From contig JBEIPE010000001.1 in the NCBI GenBank assembly GCA_040377215.1, positions 1 through 49,739 on the forward strand: a DNA stretch of 49,739 bases, written 5' to 3'. Source of the stretch: Halobacteriovoraceae bacterium. Lineage in GTDB: Bacteria > Bdellovibrionota > Bacteriovoracia > Bacteriovoracales > Bacteriovoracaceae. Made by a program: the position numbers and the translations under genes. The notes under the pieces were generated by a model, which saw only the letters and a program-made list of their open reading frames with translations, was not told the DNA's origin and did no database searches. Shown here one piece after another: positions 35,218 to 43,990 of this stretch. Every line of letters starts with the position of its first letter. The first letter of the stretch is position 1.

Positions 35218-36230
35218 GCTTTTTTGCCGTAGCGTCCTGCAATGGTTTGCATCTTTTCAAACTCTTTCGTGCTGACAATCGCGCCCGTTTTCAACGGAGC
35301 TTCTGCCGCCATTTGATTCATCTGCTTCACACGTTGTTCTGAAGGTGGGTGCGTACTCATGGCATCAGTCACAGAGGCGAGCAATTTATTACCATCACCT
35401 TTGGCCTTCTTCTCCATCTCGAGAAGTTTTGAATAAAATGTTCCAACATGATTGCGATCGTAGCCAGCAGCAAGAGATGTTCGGAAGCCAATGCGGTCAG
35501 CTTCCATTTCATCTTCGCGTGAGTTCGCCATAAAAGCGTATTTCTGAATTAAGAGACCACCGCCAGCACCCGCAGCCGCGCCATAGAGCGCAGCTTTCTG
35601 GAGGCATTCGTTGTCTTTCGGTTTGCACAGCATTTTACCAAGACCAAAACCAGCGGCCCCACCAAGGAGTCCACCAACTGCGCCGTAGAGCCACGTTTTT
35701 TTCTCAGATTGCTTCGCCATCTCCATGCGCTCAGCTGTGTGGCGCGCTTTGATATGACCGATCTCGTGTCCAATCACGCCAGCAAGCTCTGCTTCTGTTT
35801 CCGCCATAGTGATCAAAGGCGCTGTTACCATCACTGTGCCTGCTGGAAGCGCGAAGGCATTTACGTAATTCACATCCACCGCAGTGAATGTGTAATTGTA
35901 AGGCTTGCCGCCCAAGTTGTTGGCGCGCACGATACGCTGGCCAATGTTGTTCACATAGCTTTGCAATTCGGAGTTTTGAATTGGCGGATAGTCTTTTCTC
36001 ATCTGTGGCAAAACTTCCGCCGTCATCTTAAGTTCGTCAGCAGGGGTGAGCTCTGTTTTTTGCCCAGAGTTGTCGCCTTCGCGCAAACGTTCCTTGGATG
36101 ATTTTGTAGCGCAGGCGCTCGCGATCAAAAGTGGTGCGGCCTGGAGAAACAAGCGACGGCCCATTTGGGTCGAAGTGAGTTCTTTAAGCGCTTTTTCCAG
36201 TTCGATTTCATTATGAGTTTGCAGCGACAT
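35214..36230 (-). CDS. M48-family zinc metallopeptidase, Tat-type lipoprotein signal
   Basis: GVIGHEIGHIKARH, EMEADRIG and MSTHPPSEQRV. The signal is MGRRLFLQAAPLLIASAC (twin-Arg plus lipobox). I take the start at ATG 36230 after GGAGGA. The track starts at GTG 36248. Confidence 0.85.
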   Translation of the reverse strand: MSLQTHNEIELEKALKELTSTQMGRRLFLQAAPLLIASACATKSSKERLREGDNSGQKTELTPADELKMTAEVLPQMRKDYPPIQNSELQSYVNNIGQRIVRANNLGGKPYNYTFTAVDVNYVNAFALPAGTVMVTAPLITMAETEAELAGVIGHEIGHIKARHTAERMEMAKQSEKKTWLYGAVGGLLGGAAGFGLGKMLCKPKDNECLQKAALYGAAAGAGGGLLIQKYAFMANSREDEMEADRIGFRTSLAAGYDRNHVGTFYSKLLEMEKKAKGDGNKLLASVTDAMSTHPPSEQRVKQMNQMAAEAPLKTGAIVSTKEFEKMQTIAGRYGKKA

Positions 36231-36271
36231 AGATATCCTCCGAGACACATTGTACGAGGGACTTTAGAATC

Positions 36272-36886
36272 ATGGAAGAAGTTATGCTGCACATAAAAAT
36301 AGACCACTCACTTTTAAGAAGTCAGCTCCACTGGTGTGTGGATATGTCGCTTAATGGCGGCATTTGTCATCGCCTTGCAGCACCGAACGGTGCCGGTAAA
36401 ACAAGTTTTCTCGAGGAACTTAAACTCCATTGGCCGAGACTTTTTCCGACAACACTTCTGGGTTTTACCGATCAAGCACCGCTTGAGCCTTTCCAAGACC
36501 TCACCGTAGAAGCTGTGATGGATGTGCTGTGGGATATTACCCGTCATCGTCATATCCACGCTGATTGGCGCACCCTTGCTTGGTGGCAGGAGAGTGCTGT
36601 GAAGAGTTGGTGGCCGCGTAAGGTATCGCAGCTTTCAGGTGGAGAGAACCAATGGGTCAAGATTCTCATGATGCGCTCCCTTGAGTGTGATGTGTGGATT
36701 ATGGATGAACCATTTCAATCCCTAGATCAAAAGCGCCAAACGGAGCTTTGGAGTTTGTTGCAAGACTGGCTTACGACCGGAAAATATTTGCTGCTCGTTC
36801 ATCATGGTGATGTGCCCTTGCACCCGCAAGAGAGTTGGACTTTGACTCCTGCTGTAACAGGACTTTCATGGGCGAGGCTGCCTTGA
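36272..36886 (+). CDS. Short ABC transporter ATP-binding protein
   Basis: Walker A APNGAGKTS, signature LSGGENQWV, Walker B VWIMDEP and a His in LLVHHGD. Only ~204 aa. Confidence 0.75.
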   Translation: MEEVMLHIKIDHSLLRSQLHWCVDMSLNGGICHRLAAPNGAGKTSFLEELKLHWPRLFPTTLLGFTDQAPLEPFQDLTVEAVMDVLWDITRHRHIHADWRTLAWWQESAVKSWWPRKVSQLSGGENQWVKILMMRSLECDVWIMDEPFQSLDQKRQTELWSLLQDWLTTGKYLLLVHHGDVPLHPQESWTLTPAVTGLSWARLP

Positions 36887-37752
36887 GTTGGGAATTCGAC
36901 ATCCTTCGTTTTCTGACGGCCGCCGCTGCTGGTCTGCTGCTATCTTTTGCTGGCTCAATCGTACAAATCACCGGTCGAAACGAGCTGGCTTCCCCCAGTA
37001 CGCTGGGCATGGATGGCGCCGCTGTCTTCATCATCATGTTGGCCTATTTGTTAGAAGGCTTTGGATGGAGTCTAGGCAATCTAGCGGATACGGCCTTTGT
37101 CATCGGCCTTATTTTGAGTGCAGGTCTTTGGCTCATGTCTCGTCATACCCACTGGCGATCGGGTGGAGATTTTCGTGTGATTCTTCTGCTGGGTCTCAGC
37201 GTGAACTTATTTGTGGGTTCACTTTTTGCTGTCATGCAGTTTATGGCCATGGCCTTTAATCGTGAGTTTCCTGAGCAGCTATGGTTTGGCCGTATGCAGA
37301 CACTCTCGCCCGTAGGTTGGGGACTTTCGTTCTTTGTTTGGCTCCCGTTACTAGTGTTTATGATTCGTCATCGCCAATCCTGGAAAGCCTTGTTGCTGGG
37401 AGTGGGCCAGTGTCGTGGGCTCGGTGTTCCCGTTGATAAGATCGTGCGCGGCTCTTTACTCTTGGCCTTTGTCGCCACGCTTTGGGTTGTGACGCAGTTT
37501 GGAGTGTTTTCTTTCCTGGGCCTCCTTGGTCCGCTTTTGTTGCGCCAGTTAAGTCGTTATCGTGGAAGTCCATGGCGTGAGATGACTGACGGGGCCTTCC
37601 TGGTTGGTGTGCTTTTCGCTCTGCTTGATCATGTGTGCTTTAACCTGACTTTTCATGGTGCAGAAATTCCTGTGGGCCTTCCCTCAGCGTTATTTGGTGC
37701 AGCTGCGTTAGTAGGATTATTGTGGATACGGGCCCGGAAGCTCGTAGAATGA
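36868..37752 (+). CDS. FecCD-family ABC permease (iron-siderophore/cobalamin type)
   Basis: Multi-pass membrane protein with ELASPSTLGMDGAAVF (compare NPLAxPxxLGxSxGA). ATG at 36868 overlaps the ATPase gene by 19 nt. The track starts at TTG 36835. Confidence 0.72.
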   Translation: MGEAALSWEFDILRFLTAAAAGLLLSFAGSIVQITGRNELASPSTLGMDGAAVFIIMLAYLLEGFGWSLGNLADTAFVIGLILSAGLWLMSRHTHWRSGGDFRVILLLGLSVNLFVGSLFAVMQFMAMAFNREFPEQLWFGRMQTLSPVGWGLSFFVWLPLLVFMIRHRQSWKALLLGVGQCRGLGVPVDKIVRGSLLLAFVATLWVVTQFGVFSFLGLLGPLLLRQLSRYRGSPWREMTDGAFLVGVLFALLDHVCFNLTFHGAEIPVGLPSALFGAAALVGLLWIRARKLVE

Positions 37753-37817
37753 TTGGCAAACATGAAGAGTCGGTTTAACCTAACGAGAAACTTTTTAACC
37801 CTTAAAAGGATTTATAA

Positions 37818-38549
37818 ATGAAAGCAGCAAAATGGCTGATGATCGGCGCGGCATCACTTGCTCTCGTCGGTTGCAACAGCGGTAGTGATCCAAAAAGCGT
37901 CAAACTTGAGAATGATGCTGATAAAACTTTTTACGCCATGGGCTTTATGCTTGGCTCAAACCTTCAGCGTTTGAACCTCACAGATAAAGAAATGAGCGCT
38001 CTCTACAAAGGTCTCTCTGCCTCTGCAAAGAACGAGAAGTCGGAAGTAGACATGGCCGTTTACCAACAGAAGATCCAAGGTCTTTTCAAAGAGCGTATGG
38101 ATAAAGCGGCTCTTCAAGAAAAAGAAGGCGGCAAAGCTTTCTTGGAAAAATTCAGCAAAGAAGAAGGCGTTAAGACGACGGCTTCTGGTCTTGCTTACAA
38201 AGAGATCAAAGCTGGCGAAGGTGCCACTCCAGGACCTGAAGACGTTGTTGAAGTTCACTACCACGGCACACTTCAAGACGGCACAGTGTTCGATTCTTCA
38301 GTTGAGCGCGGCCAAACCATCTCTTTCCCACTTAACCGTGTGATCAAGGGTTGGACTGAAGGCCTTCAGTTGATGAAAGTCGGCGGCAAAACTAAGTTCG
38401 TGATCCCAGCTGATCTCGCTTACGGCGACGCTGGTGCTCCTCCAAAAATCCCAGGCGGCGCAACTTTGGTGTTCGAAGTCGAACTCTTCAAAGTTTCTAA
38501 ACCAGGTGAGGAAGCGAAAGCTGCTCCAGCTGCCCCGAAGAAGAAGTAA
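37818..38549 (+). CDS. FKBP-type peptidyl-prolyl cis-trans isomerase (FkpA/Mip-like lipoprotein)
   Basis: Lipobox LALVGC, an N-terminal dimerisation helix region, and an FKBP core (VEVHYHGTLQDGTVFDSS...FPLNRVIKGWTEGLQLMKVGGK..FVIPADLAYG). Confidence 0.92.
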   Translation: MKAAKWLMIGAASLALVGCNSGSDPKSVKLENDADKTFYAMGFMLGSNLQRLNLTDKEMSALYKGLSASAKNEKSEVDMAVYQQKIQGLFKERMDKAALQEKEGGKAFLEKFSKEEGVKTTASGLAYKEIKAGEGATPGPEDVVEVHYHGTLQDGTVFDSSVERGQTISFPLNRVIKGWTEGLQLMKVGGKTKFVIPADLAYGDAGAPPKIPGGATLVFEVELFKVSKPGEEAKAAPAAPKKK

Positions 38550-38554
38550 TTCTT

Positions 38555-38583
38555 AAAAAAAGGCTCCTTCGGGAGCCTTTTTT
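38555..38583. terminator. Bidirectional rho-independent terminator
   Basis: aaaaaaaGGCTCCttcgGGAGCCtttttt, lying between convergent genes. Confidence 0.85.
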
Positions 38584-39049
38584 ATTCCAATTCTTTCACC
38601 ATCACAATATTCGTCGTCTCATAGCCCATTTTTTCATAAAGCTTCCGTGCACGCTCGTTGAATGCAAAGACATGCAAACGTAGGCGCGGCAGTCCGATCT
38701 CTTTAAGTTTAGCTTCAAGGGCCCTCATGGCCGCTTCGCCCAATCCTTGGCCTTGAAACTCATCCCAGATCCAAACTTGGTAGAGATAACCGTAAGGTGT
38801 GCTCCAATCACGTTCTTCCTTGAACCACACCATGCCGATATCTTGCTCACCTTTCCACGCTGTATAGAAGTGATGCAGGGGAGTGTGCTGTCCTTGTGGG
38901 AGAAGCGACGCCCACGCATCGTGAGCGATGCGATGACCTTCAGTCAGAGTGAGCCTTTCAGCACGGCTCTTGGCCTCAGCATAATCCAGCATAGAGAGTT
39001 CAGTGAAATGTTTGTAGGCTTCGGCCGTCATGGGTTTTAGTTCAATCAC
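38582..39049 (-). CDS. GNAT-family N-acetyltransferase
   Basis: VWIWDEFQGQGLGEAAMRALE...HVFAFNERARKLYEKMGYE contains the acetyl-CoA binding motif. GTG start after GGAGA. Confidence 0.8.
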   Translation of the reverse strand: MIELKPMTAEAYKHFTELSMLDYAEAKSRAERLTLTEGHRIAHDAWASLLPQGQHTPLHHFYTAWKGEQDIGMVWFKEERDWSTPYGYLYQVWIWDEFQGQGLGEAAMRALEAKLKEIGLPRLRLHVFAFNERARKLYEKMGYETTNIVMVKELE

Positions 39050-39062
39050 GAGTCATTTCTCC

Positions 39063-39092
39063 AAAAAAAAAGGACTCCTTTCGGAGTCCTTT
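39063..39092 (-). terminator. Rho-independent terminator of the metalloprotease gene
   Basis: The minus strand reads AAAGGACTCCgaaaGGAGTCCTTTTTTTTT. Confidence 0.8.
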
Positions 39093-39119
39093 CTAAAATT
39101 TTGTCGAAGACAAAAAAGA

Positions 39120-40004
39120 TTAGAGCGTCGGCTTGAACCAGCAGAGAGGGCGGTTGCCGAGAGTGTCACCGTTTGAAGGGTGGCATGTGCCAACTTTCTC
39201 ATCAGTTTGGCTCACGTCAGTAGCATCGTCCATCAAGCAGAGAGCGCCTTGGAAGTATGTATCCAAGCGGCACTGGTAAGCAGGGTGGTTGTGGTTGGTA
39301 GCAGTTACGACTCCAGCGTCTGGAGTTTTGAAGTCCGGAACAACTGTGGCGCTACGAAGAGCTTGGAACAATTTAGCAACTGAGAGACCCGCCATACCGT
39401 TACGGATACAGATGTTCTCATCAACACGCTTAGAGAATTCTTTGCGGCAGGCTTTCTTCAATTCATCAGGAGCACCCAAGCCGCGAACAACTGCTGCGTT
39501 GTCGTCGTTCAAGAATACTTTGCGCAAGCACTTGAGAGTCGCGAAGTAGTCAGCTTGACCTTCGTTAGTAGCCCAAGTTGAACCGAACCAGCCGCCTTTC
39601 TTAGGAGCGCCGCCGATGTGGTGACCGATTTCGTGGCAAACAACCAAGGCAAGGCCGTCTTCAGTGATGGTTTCGTGACGAGCGAGACCGCCGAACATAG
39701 CAACCTGCCATGTCGTGCCTGAGCGAGAAGCGTAAGCGTTCACTGTACCGTCTTCCCATGCACGAGAAACGTTCAGAGTCGCACCCATAGAAGAAATGAT
39801 CGGTGCGTAAAGAGTTTCAACCTTGTCGATGACAGCGTTGAACTGCTCTTCAGTCAAACCAGTCTTCACCCCTTTGAGGTTAGCTGGGATGTACATGTTG
39901 TTGTCCGGAGCGATACCCGTAGAGCCATCTTCTGAACACGCGTAGCCATTCGTAGCTACTGAAAGCGCCAGAACCAAAGCGAAAAAGTTTGCAGTGAATT
40001 TCAT
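39120..40004 (-). CDS. Secreted zinc metalloprotease (HEIGH motif), family unassigned
   Basis: I take the start at ATG 40004 after GGAGGA, which gives the signal peptide MKFTANFFALVLALSVATNGYA. The zinc motif is VVCHEIGHHIGG. Several Cys are present. The track's 72-aa N-terminal extension has no support. Confidence 0.7.
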   Translation of the reverse strand: MKFTANFFALVLALSVATNGYACSEDGSTGIAPDNNMYIPANLKGVKTGLTEEQFNAVIDKVETLYAPIISSMGATLNVSRAWEDGTVNAYASRSGTTWQVAMFGGLARHETITEDGLALVVCHEIGHHIGGAPKKGGWFGSTWATNEGQADYFATLKCLRKVFLNDDNAAVVRGLGAPDELKKACRKEFSKRVDENICIRNGMAGLSVAKLFQALRSATVVPDFKTPDAGVVTATNHNHPAYQCRLDTYFQGALCLMDDATDVSQTDEKVGTCHPSNGDTLGNRPLCWFKPTL

Positions 40005-40384
40005 TTGTCCTCCGTGACCGCACTTAAATCCGTTAAGCGTGGGTTTTGTGTCAGTGATTTTTTCGTGTAGATGGAGTGTCTGTCCAAATAAAAAACTCAC
40101 GTAAACTTGTTGTAAGTTTATGTTTGTCGCAGATGAAAACTCACTCATCTGTGTGCTGTAAGATTTTGTCGGTGATAGAATTTGAATTCTGCTTAGCGTC
40201 GGGGGAGAAATATGCATCACTTAAAGTGACTATACTTTTGCGACGCACTTCAAAGACAAAGGCCGACCAAATTTGTCCATGAATAGGCGTTAGCAAAGTT
40301 GAGTGCTGCCAAGGATCCAAAAACGCTCTAAGCGCCTTAAAAGAATCATCTCCTTACGTTGTCTAAGAAAGATTTCCGAGCCTT

Positions 40385-40411
40385 TTAGATTTCTACCGCA
40401 TCAGCCGATAA
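40385..40411 (+). promoter_or_regulatory. Sigma-28 (FliA)-like promoter upstream of the cupredoxin-like/CpaF pair
   Basis: TTAGATTT-N11-GCCGATAA. The -10 element matches the consensus GCCGATAA perfectly, the -35 element matches TAAAGTTT at 5/8, and the spacing is correct. It lies 30 nt upstream of ATG 40441. Confidence 0.4.
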
Positions 40412-40440
40412 GTACTAGGAATAACCTCCGGGAGAGGCCT

Positions 40441-40839
40441 ATGAGAGTCCTATGGTTGATGGTATTTTTGAGCGTCCACGCTGTGGCGGAGCCAATTGTG
40501 CCTCGTCGCGAGATAAGTGTGATCGTGACAAAAGAAGGGTATTACCCAAAAAATCTTACTGTCTTTCAGGGTGAGAAGGTGAAGTTCTACGTCACTTCCA
40601 CCGTTGAAGAGCCGGATTGTTTATTGGTGCAAGGCCACAAAGTATTCCTGGCTGCGAACAAAGGAAAAATCGCTGAAGCTGAAGCGACTTTTGATACGGC
40701 AGGAGAGTTTTCATTCTATTGCCCATCAAGCAAGCACGACGGAAAAATTACTGTGATTAAGAAGAATGAGCCACGTGCGGTGCGCGGGCTTGCGGGACAA
40801 AATGATCCGGAAGTTTGGACACCCAAAGATTACGAATAA
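40441..40839 (+). CDS. Small periplasmic cupredoxin-like protein
   Basis: ATG at 40441 gives the signal peptide MRVLWLMVFLSVHAVA. The fold pattern (ISVIVTKEGYYPKNLTVFQGEKVKFYVTS ... GEFSFYCPSSKHDGKITV) resembles the cupredoxin-like domain with Cys/His near the C-terminus. No obvious Met ligand. Confidence 0.55.
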   Translation: MRVLWLMVFLSVHAVAEPIVPRREISVIVTKEGYYPKNLTVFQGEKVKFYVTSTVEEPDCLLVQGHKVFLAANKGKIAEAEATFDTAGEFSFYCPSSKHDGKITVIKKNEPRAVRGLAGQNDPEVWTPKDYE

Positions 40840-40851
40840 GGATACCAGGTC

Positions 40852-41994
40852 ATGTCAGAAGTCTTTAAGGACGCGATTGCCACCTTGCTTGCACCCATCA
40901 GCGATTTGCTGAAGGATCCTACCGTATCTGAAATCATGATTAACGGCCCGTCGGATATTTTCATTGAGCGCAAGGGCCAGTGTATCCGCGTTCCGAATAA
41001 ATTCCGTGATGACGAATCGTTGATGGCATCGATGCGTGCCATCGCTCAGTCTGTAGGTCGTGTGATCGATGCGGACAATCCACGTTTGGATGCTCGTTTG
41101 CCAGACGGTAGTCGTATCGCGGTGGTTATTCCGCCGATGGCCCGTTGTGGTGTCACTGTTGCGATTCGTAAATTCTCAGAGGAAAAACTCACTCTGAAAG
41201 ATCTCATTAACTTTGGCTCGATCTCTCCTGAGGCTGCGCGCTTCTTGGATTGCTGTATGTATATCGGTAAAAACACTCTCGTGAGTGGTGGTACCGGTTC
41301 TGGTAAAACGACGATGCTCAACGTGCTTGGCGGTCGCATGCCCAAGCACCAACGCTTGCTCATCATCGAAGATTCCGCCGAACTTCAGATTAAAGCTGAC
41401 CACGTGGTTCGTTTCGAAACACGCAAGGCCAATCCTGAGCGTGGTGTTAAAGAAGTCACGATCCGGGACTTGGTTGAGTCGGCTCTTCGTCTTCGCCCAG
41501 ATCGTATCATCGTCGGGGAAGTGCGCGGTACGGAAGCCTTGGATCTTTTGAACGCCATGGGCACTGGTCACGATGGCTCGATGGGAACTGTCCACGCCAA
41601 CACGCCCGTTGATGCCTGCACTCGTATCGAAACACTGTGCCTGATGGGGGAGACCAAGATTCCACCAGATTCCATTCGCAAAATGGTCGGAAGCGCTTTG
41701 CACATGATCGTGCAGTGTGCGCGCTACCACGACGGTGGTCGACGCACCTCGCACATCTCAGAAGTCTTGGGTGTAGATGAGCATGGTCGTTATATCGTGA
41801 AAGACATCTTCCGCTGGATTCAAACCGGCAAAGACGAAAATGGTAAGTTTATCGGCCAAATGGCGCCTACCGGCTATGTACCGACCTTCTTTGACGAGTT
41901 TGTCGCCAACAAGCTGCCGTTTCCTAAGACCAGCCTTAAACCGCCAGAATGGGCCATTCCTTTCTTGCAGCTCCCCAGCAAAAAAGCAGCTTGA
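40852..41994 (+). CDS. CpaF/TadA-type (VirB11-like) secretion ATPase, orphan
   Basis: VSEIMINGP, Walker A SGGTGSGKTT, IIEDSAEL, RLRPDRIIVGEVRGTEALDLLNAMGTGHDGSMGTVHAN. Confidence 0.88.
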   Translation: MSEVFKDAIATLLAPISDLLKDPTVSEIMINGPSDIFIERKGQCIRVPNKFRDDESLMASMRAIAQSVGRVIDADNPRLDARLPDGSRIAVVIPPMARCGVTVAIRKFSEEKLTLKDLINFGSISPEAARFLDCCMYIGKNTLVSGGTGSGKTTMLNVLGGRMPKHQRLLIIEDSAELQIKADHVVRFETRKANPERGVKEVTIRDLVESALRLRPDRIIVGEVRGTEALDLLNAMGTGHDGSMGTVHANTPVDACTRIETLCLMGETKIPPDSIRKMVGSALHMIVQCARYHDGGRRTSHISEVLGVDEHGRYIVKDIFRWIQTGKDENGKFIGQMAPTGYVPTFFDEFVANKLPFPKTSLKPPEWAIPFLQLPSKKAA

Positions 41995-42045
41995 GCCCAA
42001 GCTGCTAGCTGACTAGAATGGGGACTCCAAAATAAGGAGTTCTCC

Positions 42046-43332
42046 ATGTCACTCATTACTCGTGTTCATGCTCGTCAAGTTCTCGACTCTCGCGGCAATC
42101 CAACCGTAGAAGTTGATGTCACCACCGATACCGGTAAGTGCGGTCGCGCTTCTGTTCCATCAGGTGCGTCTACAGGATCACGAGAGGCCTTGGAGTTGCG
42201 TGATGGCGACAAGGCTCGCTACATGGGCAAAGGTGTTTTGAAAGCGGTGGATAACATCAACAAGATTATTGCTCCCGCCCTCATTGGTAAATCTGTCCTT
42301 GAGCAACGTGCCCTTGATGAGTTGATGATTCGTCTCGACGGAACTGAAAATAAAGAGAAGCTTGGCGCAAATGCCATCCTCGGTGTTTCTATGGCGGCTT
42401 GCCGTGCTGGCGCTTTAGAGCGCAATAAGCCTTTGTATCGCTACCTCTCAGAAGATTTGAAAGTGCCAAACCCTGTAGGCAAGATGCGTTTGCCCACTCC
42501 GTTGATGAATATCATCAATGGTGGTGAACATGCGTCGAACAACCTCGACATTCAAGAATTCATGGTTGTTCCCCACATGAAGAAAAGCTTCGGTGAGAAT
42601 CTTCGTGCTGGCGTCGAGATCTTCCATCACTTGAAAAAAGTACTCCACGATAAAGGTCACTCAACCAACGTGGGTGACGAAGGCGGATTCGCTCCAAGCT
42701 TGGAGAGTCATGAAGAAGCCATCGCCTGTATTTTGCAGGCGATCGATAAGGCCGGCTACAAAGTCGGTGTGGATGTGTCGATCTCGTTGGATTGCGCTGC
42801 GAGCGAGTTCTGGGATGACGCCAAAAAGAAATACGTTATGCAGGGACGTGAGTGGACTTCTGAAGAGATGATTGATTACTACAAAAAACTCATGACGCTC
42901 GCTCCGATCTACTCCATCGAAGACGGGCTGGATGAAGGCGATCGCGCCGGTTGGATGAAGCTCAACGCGGCCTTGGGTCAACAGACGACCATTATCGGTG
43001 ACGACTTGTTTGTGACCAACGCCAAGATTCTCAAGCGCGGTATTGATAACAAAGAGGCCAACGCCATTTTGGTGAAGGTGAATCAGATTGGCTCTCTGTC
43101 TGAGACTTTCGACACCTTGAAACTCGCGTACGAAGCGGGCTTTAAGGCGATCATCTCTCATCGCTCAGGGGAAACAGCTGATGCTTTCATTGCCGACCTC
43201 GCTGTTGCGAGTGGGGCAGGGCACATCAAAACCGGTTCAGCATCTCGCTCAGACCGAATTGAGAAATATAATCAGCTTCTCCGAATTGAAGAAGAAATGG
43301 GTCCCGCGGCCCTGTTCAACCCAGTTAAGTAA
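42046..43332 (+). CDS. eno: Enolase
   Basis: [36 protein letters not shown] and [23 protein letters not shown]. Confidence 0.97.
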   Translation: MSLITRVHARQVLDSRGNPTVEVDVTTDTGKCGRASVPSGASTGSREALELRDGDKARYMGKGVLKAVDNINKIIAPALIGKSVLEQRALDELMIRLDGTENKEKLGANAILGVSMAACRAGALERNKPLYRYLSEDLKVPNPVGKMRLPTPLMNIINGGEHASNNLDIQEFMVVPHMKKSFGENLRAGVEIFHHLKKVLHDKGHSTNVGDEGGFAPSLESHEEAIACILQAIDKAGYKVGVDVSISLDCAASEFWDDAKKKYVMQGREWTSEEMIDYYKKLMTLAPIYSIEDGLDEGDRAGWMKLNAALGQQTTIIGDDLFVTNAKILKRGIDNKEANAILVKVNQIGSLSETFDTLKLAYEAGFKAIISHRSGETADAFIADLAVASGAGHIKTGSASRSDRIEKYNQLLRIEEEMGPAALFNPVK

Positions 43333-43353
43333 GTTTCGCATTGCTGGCCATGT

Positions 43354-43380
43354 CCGCTCCCTTTATCATTAGGGGAGCGG
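43354..43380 (+). terminator. Hairpin after eno (possible terminator)
   Basis: CCGCTCCCt-ttatcatt-aGGGGAGCGG. There is no clear T-tract, and the next gene starts 11 nt later. Confidence 0.4.
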
Positions 43381-43390
43381 GTGTTGCCAT

Positions 43391-43990
43391 ATGTTGACTA
43401 AATTATTCGTCGGGTTGACCTTTTTCGAGGACAACCACTTCGCCAAAAAAATTCAGAGCTATCGTGGGCGCTATGATGAAAAGCTGCTCACGAACCCCAC
43501 TGTATTCATGCCCATCGTTCCACCGTTTGAAATCCCTACAACCGAGCTCGCAAGCCTGGAGGATGAGATCGTTGAAGAGATGGAAGGTTTCTTTCCCGAT
43601 GATCAAGACAGCTTGTCTTTAGGATTTACCGGTATTGATGTGTACACTCGCGCACGCAAGATGACGCTGTTTTTACACCCTCAAGAACTCACCGATCTTT
43701 CACATTGCGCCGAAGCCCTCACGCAGATTTGTCGTGAACATGTGGAATTGCGTGAGCACCGTCCGAGCGAAAAAGACAAAGGCTTTCTCACCATTGGCCG
43801 ATTTACCGACCCAGTCGCTTTAACAGATGCAATGACGGTTGCTCAACGCGAGTTTCAAGATTGCACAGCACTTCCTGTGAAAGGTGTATGCCTCTTCCAA
43901 AAACATAATGGCGTTTGGTTCCAGCAGGCCGATCTCCATCGGTTTAAGCAGGCGGACGAATCCTCCATGTACGCTCCGGGGAAACAATGA
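43391..43990 (+). CDS. Hypothetical protein (possibly a degenerate 2H-phosphoesterase/LigT-like fold)
   Basis: ~200 aa. The two positions where LigT-like proteins carry HxT/S motifs read FMPIV and FLTIGRF, so there are no catalytic His. This is a weak pattern-level impression only. ATGA overlap with the next gene. Confidence 0.45.
   Translation: MLTKLFVGLTFFEDNHFAKKIQSYRGRYDEKLLTNPTVFMPIVPPFEIPTTELASLEDEIVEEMEGFFPDDQDSLSLGFTGIDVYTRARKMTLFLHPQELTDLSHCAEALTQICREHVELREHRPSEKDKGFLTIGRFTDPVALTDAMTVAQREFQDCTALPVKGVCLFQKHNGVWFQQADLHRFKQADESSMYAPGKQ

Noticed and set aside
40005-40220. 72-aa N-terminal extension of the metalloprotease ORF (track start at 40220).
   Set aside because: The internal ATG at 40004 has a GGAGGA RBS and yields a canonical signal peptide. 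The extension reads like translated AT-rich intergenic DNA.
40303-40440. 46-aa Arg/Lys-rich N-terminal extension of the cupredoxin-like ORF, and the 68-aa ORF at 40076..40282.
   Set aside because: The ATG at 40441 gives a proper signal peptide and is preceded by a purine-rich RBS and a candidate promoter located inside the supposed extension.
41176-41754. 192-aa ORF antisense to the CpaF-type ATPase gene.
   Set aside because: It sits inside a gene with complete ATPase motifs and has no start context or domain signal.
42661-43161. 166-aa ORF antisense to eno.
   Set aside because: Enolase is certain on the plus strand, so this is an antisense artefact.
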